Shown piece after piece: positions 19,501 to 29,848 of a stretch of 64,000 nt of DNA. This DNA is from an uncultured Gammaproteobacteria bacterium (GTDB lineage: Bacteria; Patescibacteriota; Microgenomatia; JAMCZE01): the NCBI GenBank assembly GCA_964641255.1, contig CAZXMM010000001.1:246973-310972 (forward strand), read 5' to 3'. Position numbers and translations under genes: made by a program. The notes under the pieces are model-generated. The model searched no databases. It was given only the letters and a program-made list of their open reading frames with translations, and was not told the origin of the DNA. Position 1 is the first letter of the stretch; each line of letters begins with the position of its first letter.

Positions 19501-19959
19501 ATGCCCACAATCAACCAACTAGTTAAACGCGGTCGCAAAAGCAAGAGTCGAAAAATTCGTGCTACTGCCCTGCATAAGTTTTTTAATTCTAAAGACCGCT
19601 CAAGCAAAATGATTGCCTCGCCTTTTAAGCGGGGAGTCTGTACGGTGGTCAAAACTATGACTCCTAAGAAACCTAACTCGGCCCTGCGTAAAGTAGCTCG
19701 AGTCCGTCTAAGTAATCGCCAGGAAGTGACAGCTTATATTCAAGGAATTGGCCACGAGCTAGCCGAACACTCGATTGTAATGGTGCGGGGCGGGCGGGTA
19801 CGGGATCTCGTTGGTATTAAATACCATATTATTCGCGGTAAATTTGATACCACAGGAGTTAAGGGTCGCAAGCAGTCCAGAAGTAAGTATGGTACTAAAA
19901 AGGGTGATGGTGGAGGAACTGCAGCGGTAGTTAAGCCGTCTGCTACTCCGGCCGCTTAA
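19501..19959 (+). CDS. rpsL: 30S ribosomal protein S12
   Basis: MPTINQLV and [16 protein letters not shown]. Confidence 0.99.
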   Translation: MPTINQLVKRGRKSKSRKIRATALHKFFNSKDRSSKMIASPFKRGVCTVVKTMTPKKPNSALRKVARVRLSNRQEVTAYIQGIGHELAEHSIVMVRGGRVRDLVGIKYHIIRGKFDTTGVKGRKQSRSKYGTKKGDGGGTAAVVKPSATPAA

Positions 19960-19968
19960 TCAAAGACT

Positions 19969-20451
19969 ATGCCAAGATCAAAAAAAATCATTAAAAAAAT
20001 CACTCCCTTGGACCCGGTCTATAGTAACCGGTTGGTGACTAAGCTTATCAACAAAACCATGCACGATGGGAAAAAGAGTACCGCTGCCAAGCAAGTCTAT
20101 CGAGCCTTAGAAATTGTTAAGGAAAAAATGCCTGAGAGTGATCCTGTTAAGACCTTTGAGTTAGTTATCAATACCATTGGACCGAAGATGGAAGTGCGCT
20201 CCAGGAGAGTGGGTGGAGCTTCTTACCAAGTTCCCTCTGAAGTTCGGGGTGATAGAAAAGTTCACCTAGCCATTATTTGGCTTTTGGACGCGGCTCGAAA
20301 AAGATCGAACAAGGAATATCATACCTTTGCTGAGAAATTAGCTGCAGAAATGATTGATTCGACAAATGGGTTGGGAAATGCCATCAAGAAACGCGACATG
20401 GTTCATAAAATGGCCGAAGCGAATCGCGCCTTTGCCCACCTTCGGTGGTAG
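19969..20451 (+). CDS. rpsG: 30S ribosomal protein S7
   Basis: RRVGGASYQVP and HKMAEANRAFAH. Confidence 0.99.
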   Translation: MPRSKKIIKKITPLDPVYSNRLVTKLINKTMHDGKKSTAAKQVYRALEIVKEKMPESDPVKTFELVINTIGPKMEVRSRRVGGASYQVPSEVRGDRKVHLAIIWLLDAARKRSNKEYHTFAEKLAAEMIDSTNGLGNAIKKRDMVHKMAEANRAFAHLRW

Positions 20452-20961
20452 TTAGTCTGTCTTCGCCAGCCACTCCTTAGTAGCCTCAAGACATAATTCT
20501 AAACGGTGGGGAAAATCCTTGTCGGTTAAGTGAATATCAATTGTGTCTTTATGATTAGCCACAAACTTATTGTGGTCGACAATCCAGTCGTCAAGGTATT
20601 GAAACTGATCATATTTTTTGGCTTTCCAGATTTTCACTAACAGTTCTTTAGTAAAATCTAAGCTAATGACAAAGTGCCGGTAGCCAAACTTCTTAAGATT
20701 TTCTTTAGTTTCCGACCAATTACGATCAACACTGATATCTAAGATAAAGCTGCGACTAGAGTTAAGGAGCGCACTAATTCGGGTGTGAGCTCGGCTGTGG
20801 GTTTCCTCCTCGCTGCTAACTAGTAAATCTTCTTTGACCTCGGTACGAATAGCATCTTTATTAAAGATAGGTAGGTTTAGTTGGCAACTCAAGTACGTGG
20901 CAATGGGGGTTTTGGAACTGCCAGGCGGACCAGCAAAAGTGATGCAAAATTTATTTTTCAT
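20452..20961 (-). CDS. Small P-loop kinase / AAA_33-like protein
   Basis: N-terminal Walker A variant GPPGSSKT, D.IR and FILD. Confidence 0.75.
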   Translation of the reverse strand: MKNKFCITFAGPPGSSKTPIATYLSCQLNLPIFNKDAIRTEVKEDLLVSSEEETHSRAHTRISALLNSSRSFILDISVDRNWSETKENLKKFGYRHFVISLDFTKELLVKIWKAKKYDQFQYLDDWIVDHNKFVANHKDTIDIHLTDKDFPHRLELCLEATKEWLAKTD

Positions 20962-20976
20962 TTATACTTGTTTTAG

Positions 20977-22536
20977 ATGAAATATCTAACTGCACTTTTC
21001 TTTCCTGCGGCAATTTTACTTTTTTTTACCCTGTCTTTCCACACGGTGACTGACTTTAGTCAAGATTTGGGAAGACATTTACTGATTGGGAAAATAATTA
21101 GAGCTACTGGGGCGATCCCCCAGACTAATTTGCTCTCTTTTACCCACCCCAATTTTCCCTTCACCAATAGTCATTGGTTAGCCGAGGTTGTCTTTTATCT
21201 GCTTAGTAGTCCTCTAAATCTTTTAGGACTCAAGGTAATTATTTTTGTGAGTGCAATGACGCTGACACTTATGACTGCCTGGCAATATTCCAAAAGTCTG
21301 CTAGCAACGGCAGTAGCTTTTTGCCTTCTTGTGCCAGTGCTTTTGGAGCGGACCGATATTCGACCAGAAATATTTTCCTTTCTTTTTGTAGCGGTTTTTA
21401 TGCACCTCTTACTACTTAATAGGACTAAGCTTCTTTTCCTTTTGCCACTTATCGAAATTATTTGGGTCAATACCCACATCTATTTTATTTTAGGGCCAAT
21501 CCTCTGTTTGATCTTTTTTCAAAAGAAATACTGGTATGTTACCTTCCTTACCTGTTTAGCCACAGTGGTTAACCCGAATTTTTTAACCGGAGCGCTGTTC
21601 CCAATTTTCGTGCTGCAAAATTATGGCTACTCGATTGTGGAGAACCAGCAAATTTTCTTTTTACAGCAAGTCACCAGCAACCCAAACATTTGGTACTTTG
21701 AAACAGCCGTGGTTGGCTTAGTGTTAAGCAGCCTTTTTGTGGAATTAAAAAAAATTACGTACCATCACCTCTTACTGGGAGGGTTAATCATTCTCCCTAT
21801 AATCGCCATTCGTAACTTTCCCTTATTTTTTCTCCTGGAACTACCCTTGTTTGCATATATTCTCGCCCACTCTGCTTTACCACTCCGAAGATATGAGAAA
21901 TTTATTTTTTGCTTGGTTCTGGCCCTAACCTTACTTCGGGCTGGCCGGCTTTGGACCAACCAATACTACTTAAGCATCGATTCGGCAAAGCGCTTTGGCT
22001 TCTTCGTCGAAGAGCCCGGAAAAAAAGCTCTAGATTTTATTACTGATCATAAGCTTTTGGGACCGATCCTTAATAATTTTGACATGGGTAGCTATATTGC
22101 CTACCGCTTGTATCCGAGAGAGAAAGTTTTTGTAGATGGCCGACCGGAGGCCTATCCCAAAGAATTTTTCCAAGAAGTCTATATTCCACTCCAGCAAAGC
22201 CCAGAGAATTTTGCTGTGGCTAAGGAACACTTTAAATTTTCTACCATTATTTTTTCCCACCGTGATGGTACCCCTTGGGCGCAACAGTTTCTCTCTTTTA
22301 TTGTTGCCGATCCCGATTTTCGCCTAGTCTATCTCGATAGCTACGCGGTGGTATTTGCTAAAGATACCAATCTCAAAACGGTGGACCCTGATAGTTTATT
22401 AGCAACTAGTGTTAACTATCTAGATAGTTACTATTTGGCTCGTGTGGCTGCAATTTTTGGCTGGGAAGAAATATCGACCAAGCTGGCGGCTCAGTCAATT
22501 AGTAATCGACCAACTAGATCACTGGTTTTTTTCTAG
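20977..22536 (+). CDS. Polytopic membrane protein, GT-C-like
   Basis: DLGRHL..G, RPEIFS, WVNTH, FVDGRPEAY and multiple TM helices. Confidence 0.65.
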   Translation: MKYLTALFFPAAILLFFTLSFHTVTDFSQDLGRHLLIGKIIRATGAIPQTNLLSFTHPNFPFTNSHWLAEVVFYLLSSPLNLLGLKVIIFVSAMTLTLMTAWQYSKSLLATAVAFCLLVPVLLERTDIRPEIFSFLFVAVFMHLLLLNRTKLLFLLPLIEIIWVNTHIYFILGPILCLIFFQKKYWYVTFLTCLATVVNPNFLTGALFPIFVLQNYGYSIVENQQIFFLQQVTSNPNIWYFETAVVGLVLSSLFVELKKITYHHLLLGGLIILPIIAIRNFPLFFLLELPLFAYILAHSALPLRRYEKFIFCLVLALTLLRAGRLWTNQYYLSIDSAKRFGFFVEEPGKKALDFITDHKLLGPILNNFDMGSYIAYRLYPREKVFVDGRPEAYPKEFFQEVYIPLQQSPENFAVAKEHFKFSTIIFSHRDGTPWAQQFLSFIVADPDFRLVYLDSYAVVFAKDTNLKTVDPDSLLATSVNYLDSYYLARVAAIFGWEEISTKLAAQSISNRPTRSLVFF

Positions 22537-22546
22537 TCCTTTCTAG

Positions 22547-22585
22547 TATAATGGGGTGCGTGCCGAAAATCGGCACTCGTTTTTT
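22547..22585 (+). promoter_or_regulatory. -10 box plus hairpin/U-tract upstream of fusA
   Basis: TATAAT 22547-52; GTGCCG-AAAAT-CGGCAC then TCGTTTTTT. Confidence 0.5.
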
Positions 22586-22610
22586 GCAATGATTCCAACA
22601 ATAGAATTTT

Positions 22611-24710
22611 ATGTCTGATGCCAAATCCCGTCTTTATCCTCTAGATCGTATCCGTAACATCGGTATTATTGCTCATATTGATGCTGGTAAGACCACTACT
22701 ACTGAGCGGATCCTTTTTTATACCGGAAAAACCTACAAAATTGGCGATATTGATGATGGTAATACCGTGATGGACTGGATGCCTCAAGAGCGGGAGCGGG
22801 GTATAACTATTGTCTCGGCAGCAACTACGACTTTTTGGAAAGACGTTCGCATCAATATTATTGATACTCCCGGGCACGTGGATTTTACTGCCGAAGTGGA
22901 GCGTTCACTTCGGGTTCTTGATGGGGCAGTAATGGTTTTTGACGGCAAGATGGGGGTGGAGGCCCAGTCAGAAACTGTCTGGCGTCAGGCTGACAAATAT
23001 GACGTTCCTCGAATTTGTTCGGTTAACAAAATCAACGGTATTGGCGGGAGCTTTATCAACTCTTTGAAAGATATTCAAGAAAAGCTCAGCCCCAATGCTG
23101 TAGCCATGATTCTCCCTATTGGACTAGAACACGATCATCGTGGTGTGGTGGATTTACTCACACGCAAGGCCTATACCTACAAAGGCCCAGAAACGGTGGA
23201 ACTGATTGAAGAAGAAATTCCAGCAGACATGAAGACTGAGGTAGAACTTTACCGTACCATGTTGGTTGAAAAAGCTGTCGAAGTCGATGACAAGTTATTG
23301 GAAAAATACCTCGAAGGAAAAGAGCCAACAATTGAAGAGCTTAAGGCTGCTATTCGCAAGGGAACCATCGAAAAGAAATTATTTCCGGTATTCGGTGGGG
23401 ACAATCGGATGTGTACAGTGCGCTTACTTCTTGACGCAATCGTTGACTATCTGCCCACTCCGCTTGACCGCCCAGCTATTACTGGAGTTAACCCTAAAAG
23501 TGGGGAGAGTGAGACGAGAGAACAAAAAACCGATGCTCCTTTTTCTGGACTAGCTTTTAAGATTCAGCTCGATCCTCACGTAGGGAAGCTCTATTATGTT
23601 CGTGTTTATTCGGGAACGATTAAAGCTGGCTCTTATGTTTACAATGCTACTAAAGGTCAACAAGAACGTGTGGGCCGGCTACTATTTATGCACGCTAACG
23701 ATCGAGAAGAGATCCAGGAGGCTTACCCTGGAGAAATCGTGGCTGTTGTGGGGCTTAAAGAAACAAGAACCGGAGATACACTTTCAAACCCTGATCATCC
23801 TATAATTCTTGAAGGGATTTCTTTTGCTGAGCCAGTTATCTCGTTTGCTATCGAGCCAAAGACTAAATCAGACCAAGAAAAAATGGGGTATGCCCTGCAG
23901 CGGGTGATGGAGGAGGACCCCACGATTAGACTTCGGTCCAACAAAGAAACCAATCAGACAATCATTTCTGGTATGGGCGAGTTACATCTTGAAGTCTGGG
24001 TCCGCCGCATGAAAGAAGAAATGGGAGTAGATACGAACGTTGGAGCCCCCCAAGTAGCTTATAAAGAAACAATTACTATGCCAGCCGAGGGTGAAGGGAA
24101 ATATATTCGCCAAACCGGAGGCCGTGGTCAGTATGGTCACGCCATGATTAAGATTGAACCTAAACCCAGGGGCGAGGGGTGGGAATTTATTAATGCCATT
24201 AAAGGTGGGACTGTTCCCGCTGAGTACATTCCCTCAGTAGAAAAGGGGACTAAAGAGTGTGCTAACAATGGGATTCTGGCTGGGTTCCCATTAACTGATA
24301 TTAAAGTTACGTTTTATGACGGCTCTTATCATGATGTGGACTCCAGTGATGTAGCGTTCCAAATTGCCGGATCCATGGCGCTTCAGGATGCCACCAAGAA
24401 AGCCGGACTGGTGCTCCTAGAGCCGATCATGAAGGTGGAAGTAACCACCCCGGACGAATTTATGGGAGATGTCATTGGTGATTTATCCAGCAAGCGGGCC
24501 CAGATTCTCGGTTCCACTAAAAGAGGCAGCGCCACCATTATTATGGCTCTGGTTCCCCTCGCTGAACTGTCGGGATACGCTACCAAACTGCGAAGTATTT
24601 CCCAAGGTCGCGCCAGTTATTACATGGAACCCAGTCATTACGAAGAAACGCCCAGAAATGTCCAGGAGGGAATTGTCGCCAAGTATAGTACTGCTAAAGC
24701 GGGGTCGTAG
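22611..24710 (+). CDS. fusA: Elongation factor G
   Basis: [39 protein letters not shown]; str-operon position. Confidence 0.98.
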   Translation: MSDAKSRLYPLDRIRNIGIIAHIDAGKTTTTERILFYTGKTYKIGDIDDGNTVMDWMPQERERGITIVSAATTTFWKDVRINIIDTPGHVDFTAEVERSLRVLDGAVMVFDGKMGVEAQSETVWRQADKYDVPRICSVNKINGIGGSFINSLKDIQEKLSPNAVAMILPIGLEHDHRGVVDLLTRKAYTYKGPETVELIEEEIPADMKTEVELYRTMLVEKAVEVDDKLLEKYLEGKEPTIEELKAAIRKGTIEKKLFPVFGGDNRMCTVRLLLDAIVDYLPTPLDRPAITGVNPKSGESETREQKTDAPFSGLAFKIQLDPHVGKLYYVRVYSGTIKAGSYVYNATKGQQERVGRLLFMHANDREEIQEAYPGEIVAVVGLKETRTGDTLSNPDHPIILEGISFAEPVISFAIEPKTKSDQEKMGYALQRVMEEDPTIRLRSNKETNQTIISGMGELHLEVWVRRMKEEMGVDTNVGAPQVAYKETITMPAEGEGKYIRQTGGRGQYGHAMIKIEPKPRGEGWEFINAIKGGTVPAEYIPSVEKGTKECANNGILAGFPLTDIKVTFYDGSYHDVDSSDVAFQIAGSMALQDATKKAGLVLLEPIMKVEVTTPDEFMGDVIGDLSSKRAQILGSTKRGSATIIMALVPLAELSGYATKLRSISQGRASYYMEPSHYEETPRNVQEGIVAKYSTAKAGS

Positions 24711-24732
24711 TTCTATCACCAAATCTCCCCCC

Positions 24733-24762
24733 TTGCTAAAGAGAGTAAGCACAGTTTATAAT
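24733..24762 (+). promoter_or_regulatory. tuf promoter
   Basis: TTGCTA-18 nt-TATAAT. Confidence 0.55.
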
Positions 24763-24858
24763 CATTACTAGCCTTACATCGAGGCAGGTCTTTTTTGCCA
24801 AAAAGGCAATCTAGGGAGCAAGAGTTAATTACTTAATTTTTATTAATCTAAAAACAAT

Positions 24859-26046
24859 ATGGCAGACGCAGCAAAATTCAATCGTTCCAAGCCTCACGTT
24901 AATATTGGTACCATGGGTCACGTTGATCATGGAAAAACCACCCTGACCTCAGCGATTACCACGGTACTCGCCAAAAAGGGTTTGTCCAAGGCGATGGCCT
25001 ACGATCAAATCGATAATTCCCCCGAAGAAAAGGCTCGTGGTGTCACTATCAACATTACTCACGTCGAATATGAGACGGAGAATCGGCACTATGCTCATAT
25101 CGATATGCCGGGTCACGCCGACTATATCAAAAACATGATTACCGGAGCCGCCCAGGTTGACGGCGCGATTTTAGTAGTTTCTGCTCCTGATGGCCCGATG
25201 GCCCAGACCAGAGAGCATTTACTACTTGCTAAGCAAGTTAACGTCCCGGCTATTGTAGTCTTCTTAAATAAAGTCGATATGGTTAGCGATCCTGAACTGC
25301 TTGATTTAGTCGAAGAAGAGGTTCGTGAGCTACTGGACAAATACGGGTTCCATGGTAAAGACGTTCCGATTATTCGTGGCTCTGCCCTTAAGGCTACCGA
25401 GGGGGATGCAGAGAATGAGCAGAAGATTATGGACCTAATGGCAGCGGTTGATTCCTATATTCCCACTCCAGTGCGTGAATTAGATAAACCCTTCCTGATG
25501 CCAGTTGAAGACGTTTTCTCAATTAAAGGTCGAGGAACAGTGGTAACGGGGAAAATTGATCGTGGCGTTATTAAAGTCAACGAAGAAGTGGAGATTGTGG
25601 GTCTTAAGGCTACCCAAAAAAGTGTGGTGACCGGAGTAGAAATGTTCCGCAAACAACTTGATGAGGGCCAAGCCGGGGATAACGTTGGGCTGCTTCTAAG
25701 AGGGATCGAAAAAGATCAGGTGGAACGTGGACAAGTACTCGCTAAACCTGGATCAATTACTCCCCACACGGAGTTTGAGGCCGAAGTCTACATTCTTTCT
25801 AAGGAGGAAGGCGGACGTCATACACCATTCTTTACAGGCTATCGTCCCCAGTTCTACATTAGAACTACGGATGTTACCGGTGAAGTTACTCTAAATGAGG
25901 GAGTAGAAATGGTCATGCCGGGAGATAATGCCAAGATGAAAGTGAAGCTGATTCAACCGGTAGCTCTTGAGGATGGAATGCGTTTTGCCATCCGTGAAGG
26001 CGGCCACACCGTAGGAGCCGGAGTGGTTAGTAAAATTATTGCTTAA
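24859..26046 (+). CDS. tuf: Elongation factor Tu
   Basis: [31 protein letters not shown]. Confidence 0.99.
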   Translation: MADAAKFNRSKPHVNIGTMGHVDHGKTTLTSAITTVLAKKGLSKAMAYDQIDNSPEEKARGVTINITHVEYETENRHYAHIDMPGHADYIKNMITGAAQVDGAILVVSAPDGPMAQTREHLLLAKQVNVPAIVVFLNKVDMVSDPELLDLVEEEVRELLDKYGFHGKDVPIIRGSALKATEGDAENEQKIMDLMAAVDSYIPTPVRELDKPFLMPVEDVFSIKGRGTVVTGKIDRGVIKVNEEVEIVGLKATQKSVVTGVEMFRKQLDEGQAGDNVGLLLRGIEKDQVERGQVLAKPGSITPHTEFEAEVYILSKEEGGRHTPFFTGYRPQFYIRTTDVTGEVTLNEGVEMVMPGDNAKMKVKLIQPVALEDGMRFAIREGGHTVGAGVVSKIIA

Positions 26047-26065
26047 GGATTAGAGCCTTATTTAC

Positions 26066-26092
26066 ACGCCCCGAAAACTTCGGGGCGTTTTT
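26066..26092 (+). terminator. Intrinsic terminator after tuf
   Basis: ACGCCCCGAA-AAC-TTCGGGGCGT followed by TTTT. Confidence 0.75.
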
Positions 26093-26132
26093 AGACACTA
26101 AAGCTGTTGGGGACTTTAGTTAATTTAAAAAA

Positions 26133-26441
26133 ATGCCCAAAGGCAGAATTCGTGTACGTTTAAAAGCTTATGACGGGAGAGTGCTTGACTCTACCTGTCA
26201 GTCAATTCTTGACGCAGCCATTCGCACTGGTGCGAGTGTTATTGGTCCCGTCCCTCTTCCCACCGATAAAAGTATGATTACTGTCAACCAGTCTCCCTTT
26301 GTTGATAAAAACTCCCAAGAACACTTCTGGATCAAAGTTCACAAAAGACTGATTGATATCATGGAACCAACCGATAAGACTATTGATTCGCTCATGCATC
26401 TGGAACTGCCGGCGGGAGTAGACATTGAAATTAAGATGTAA
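26133..26441 (+). CDS. rpsJ: 30S ribosomal protein S10
   Basis: IRVRLKAYD, GPVPLPT, HKRLIDI, LPAGVDIEIK. Confidence 0.98.
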   Translation: MPKGRIRVRLKAYDGRVLDSTCQSILDAAIRTGASVIGPVPLPTDKSMITVNQSPFVDKNSQEHFWIKVHKRLIDIMEPTDKTIDSLMHLELPAGVDIEIKM

Positions 26442-26583
26442 CCCCGGAGCCCGAGAAGTGTATATGCTTCAACCTACAAATATTGGACAGTGTTTCCAAC
26501 TACTCATTGTCGCCTCTTGTTTTTGATCGCGTGTTGATTACTATGGATTATTGCAAAAGTAATCCGTTACAAACAAATAATTT

Positions 26584-27687
26584 ATGGAGAGCAAGCATCA
26601 CTACGTTTTAATCATGGCGGGGGGATCAGGAACGAGACTGTATCCTAAATCTCGGGAGAATGCTCCAAAACATCTTTCAAAAATTGTTGGAGACCAGACT
26701 CTTCTTCAACAAACCTTTAAAAGAGTCTCCCAAATAGTCTCAGTAGAAAATATCTATATCTCCACCAATTACAAATACGTTAATCAAATTCTCGAGCAAG
26801 TACCGAAGTTAAAAAAACATCAACTTATTTGTGAACCTGAAAAGAGAAATACCGCCCCAGCGTTAGCTCTAGGAACAAGTGTTATTGCAAGAAGTGACCC
26901 TAAGGCTGTTATTGCTGCAATCTCTTGTGACCACTATGTCCTTAAAGAAAAAAATTTTGTCAATGCGTTTAAACTAGCCTTAGCAGTAATTGAGTCCCAC
27001 CCGGATCGCATTCTAGTACTGGGAATTGAACCAAGCTCCCCCCACACTGGGTACGAATATATTGAGAAAGATGGAATCTTTTGGAAAAAAAATCAAGATC
27101 ACGTTTTTAATGTTAAGCGCTTTGTTGAACGCCCTGCGCATAGGGATATTGCTCAAAAATTTATTGATCAAGGTTACTTATGGAATGCGGGTTATTTCAT
27201 TTTTAGTGCCGAGTGTTTTATGAGTAAGATTAAAGAATTTTTACCAGAAGTCCATGCCGGGTTAGAAGCTATTACTGTCGCTGCAGAGAAAAAAAATTAC
27301 GAGGACGTGCTCAAGGAAGAGTTTTTGAAGTTTTCTGATGCCCAGATTGATAAGGCGGTAATGACTAAAATTGATAATTTAGTCGTGTTACCTGCTGATC
27401 TTGGCTGGTGCGATGTAGGCTCTTGGGATGTGGTCCGGAGTTTAATCGAAGAAAAGAAAAAAGATGAAAACAGCAATTATGCCGATGAAGAATTTATCGC
27501 GGTTGACTCCCACAATGTTACTGTTTTAGGCGATAATAAAGGACAGCTAGTAGCAACCATTGGATTGAGTAATATTACTATCATAAATACAGGAGATGCC
27601 ATTGTGGTAATGGAAAACGGCCGAGGACAGGAAGTTAAAAAGATCGTTGATGAAATTAAAAAAAGAAAGCTAGATTTTCTCTTATAA
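26584..27687 (+). CDS. manC: Mannose-1-phosphate guanylyltransferase
   Basis: IMAGGSGTRLYPKSR, EPEKRNTAPA, WNAG, GWCDVGSW. Confidence 0.93.
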   Translation: MESKHHYVLIMAGGSGTRLYPKSRENAPKHLSKIVGDQTLLQQTFKRVSQIVSVENIYISTNYKYVNQILEQVPKLKKHQLICEPEKRNTAPALALGTSVIARSDPKAVIAAISCDHYVLKEKNFVNAFKLALAVIESHPDRILVLGIEPSSPHTGYEYIEKDGIFWKKNQDHVFNVKRFVERPAHRDIAQKFIDQGYLWNAGYFIFSAECFMSKIKEFLPEVHAGLEAITVAAEKKNYEDVLKEEFLKFSDAQIDKAVMTKIDNLVVLPADLGWCDVGSWDVVRSLIEEKKKDENSNYADEEFIAVDSHNVTVLGDNKGQLVATIGLSNITIINTGDAIVVMENGRGQEVKKIVDEIKKRKLDFLL

Positions 27688-27692
27688 AGATT

Positions 27693-29051
27693 ATGATTGT
27701 TGACCAAAGTATTTTTAAGGCTTACGACATTCGGGGGATCTATCCCGAGCAAATTAACGCTGAAATGGCCTATGCTATTGGACAGGGATACGCTAGTTAT
27801 GTTAAACCCACGAAACCTGTGGCAGTAGGCTACGATGTTCGCCTTCATTCTCACGAGCTTCAAAAAGAGGTAATCAGGGGATTGATTGACGCTGGTGTCA
27901 GCGTCATTGATGTTGGACTTATCTCAACAGAAATGGTTTATTTTGCTGTGGGCCATTTTGGTTTTGGCGGAGGAATACAGGTTACTGCTTCTCACAATCC
28001 CAAAGAATGGCACGGAATGAAATTCGTCAGAGAGAGTGTTATTCCCCTTTCTGGTGATAATGGAATCAAAGAAATTAAAGAGTTTGTTTTAAAAGGAGAG
28101 AGGATAGTTCTAGGAAAGAAAGGGACTGTAGAGCACCAAAATATTTTGGGAGACTTTTGTAATTATTTGCTCACCTGGATTGATCCAAAGAAACTAAAGC
28201 CGCTAACCATTGTCTATAATCCTAACTTTGGCTTTGCAGGTAAAGTTTTGGAACAACTAGTGGGACTCGGTAAACTTCCTGCAGCAATGATTCCCTTAAA
28301 CGCTGAACCTGATGGAAACTTTCCCAAAGGTAGGCCAGACCCTTTTATCCCAGAAAATAGAGTGGAATTTGCAGCATTAGTAAAAGAGAAGAAAGCCGAC
28401 TTGGGAGTAACATGGGATGCTGATGCTGACCGAGTATTTTTTTGCAGCGATGGAGGAACTTTTATTGAACCATATTTTACTAACGCGATCCTAATCAAGG
28501 CGCTTCTTGCGAAGTATCCAGGAGAAAAGGTTCTATACGATCCCCGCTATGCCTGGGCCCTAATAGATGCTACAGCTGCAGCCGGGGGAAGTTCCTACCT
28601 TGATCGGGTAGGCTATGTTTACATCAAAAGACGGATGCGCCAAGACAATATGGTTTTTTCCGGCGAGTCTAGTGGGCATACCTATTTTCGAGATTTTTGG
28701 TTTTCAGACTCGGGGATGATCCCACTGCTTTTGGTTTGGGAATTGCTGTCGGTAGAAAATAAGACACTCTCACAGTTGGTTAAACCTATTATGCAAAAAT
28801 ATTTTATTTCTGGCGAATTAAATTTTAAGACCGATAAAAAGACAGAAATTATGGCCGAACTCGAAAAAGCCTATTCCAGCACAAAAATTGATCATACAGA
28901 TGGAATTACGCTCGAAAGTACCGACTGGCGAGCTAATGTGCGGGCTTCCAATACCGAGCCTCTCCTGCGATTAAATGTAGAGGCAAGATCCCAAGTAAAA
29001 ATGGAGGAGAAACGTGACGAATTAGTTAGTTTTATCAATCAGAAATCCTAA
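27693..29051 (+). CDS. manB: Phosphomannomutase/phosphoglucomutase
   Basis: FKAYDIRG, TASHNP, DADADR, GESSGH, RASNTEP. Confidence 0.95.
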   Translation: MIVDQSIFKAYDIRGIYPEQINAEMAYAIGQGYASYVKPTKPVAVGYDVRLHSHELQKEVIRGLIDAGVSVIDVGLISTEMVYFAVGHFGFGGGIQVTASHNPKEWHGMKFVRESVIPLSGDNGIKEIKEFVLKGERIVLGKKGTVEHQNILGDFCNYLLTWIDPKKLKPLTIVYNPNFGFAGKVLEQLVGLGKLPAAMIPLNAEPDGNFPKGRPDPFIPENRVEFAALVKEKKADLGVTWDADADRVFFCSDGGTFIEPYFTNAILIKALLAKYPGEKVLYDPRYAWALIDATAAAGGSSYLDRVGYVYIKRRMRQDNMVFSGESSGHTYFRDFWFSDSGMIPLLLVWELLSVENKTLSQLVKPIMQKYFISGELNFKTDKKTEIMAELEKAYSSTKIDHTDGITLESTDWRANVRASNTEPLLRLNVEARSQVKMEEKRDELVSFINQKS

Positions 29052-29061
29052 ACGCCAGCTC

Positions 29062-29186
29062 TTGCTTTTGCGCTTGCCTCGATGGTACAATACGCAGGAA
29101 TGCTAGAGTTCTCTAAACTCACTATAGCGTAGTTGGATGTAGAGAGACTTTTACCTTGTAAAAGTCCCGTATCCGGGACTTTTTTT
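29062..29186 (+). promoter_or_regulatory. rplC promoter and structured attenuator-like leader
   Basis: TTGCTT-18 nt-TACAAT. Overlapping hairpins 29146-29166 and 29160-29183, the second followed by a U-tract. Confidence 0.6.
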
Positions 29187-29206
29187 GTGCTTAACCGAGC
29201 TCAACT

Positions 29207-29848
29207 ATGAATACCTATTTCGGCTATAAAAAAGGACAGTCGCACGCTTTTGACGAGGCGGGTATCCGGGTGCCGGTAACCATGGTTCATATGCCTCCAA
29301 CCATGGTGGTTGGGAAACGTACCCTGGAAAAAAATGGCTATACCTCCTGGCAAATTGCTCTAGGAACCAAAAAGAACCTCACTAAACCAATGCTTGGACT
29401 CCTAAAAAATCTTCAAGAAAAAATTTCTCCCCAACATATCCGCGAAATTGAAATCACCGACCAAGATACTAAAAGCGTTGGAGAAAAAATTTCAGTTGAC
29501 GAAGTTTTTACTGCGGGAGACACTATTAATGTCAGTGGAGTAAGCACTGGAAAAGGATTTGCGGGAGTAGTCAAGCGCTGGGGCTTTCATGGTAGTCCCA
29601 TGACCCATGGAACTTCTAATCGTCAGCGTCATGCTGGATCAATTGGCCAAACCACTACTCCGGGGCGGGTTTATAAAGGCAAGAAAATGGCCGGACACAT
29701 GGGATCAGAAATGATTACCATTCGCAATCTTCGGGTTTTTGCTGTCAAACCAGAAGAAAATATCTTAGTGATTCGTGGGCTGGTTCCTGGAAAAGTAGCC
29801 GGACTGTTAAAGATTACTAAAGTGCCCGCTAAAGCCAAAAAATCATGA
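29207..29848 (+). CDS. rplC: 50S ribosomal protein L3
   Basis: GKGFAGVVKRWGF and PGRVYKGKKMAGHMG. Confidence 0.98.
   Translation: MNTYFGYKKGQSHAFDEAGIRVPVTMVHMPPTMVVGKRTLEKNGYTSWQIALGTKKNLTKPMLGLLKNLQEKISPQHIREIEITDQDTKSVGEKISVDEVFTAGDTINVSGVSTGKGFAGVVKRWGFHGSPMTHGTSNRQRHAGSIGQTTTPGRVYKGKKMAGHMGSEMITIRNLRVFAVKPEENILVIRGLVPGKVAGLLKITKVPAKAKKS

Noticed and set aside
26442-26583. Possible ncRNA between rpsJ and manC
   Set aside because: Only short weak hairpins (for example GGATTA/TAATCC) and a plausible promoter; no convincing RNA family signature.
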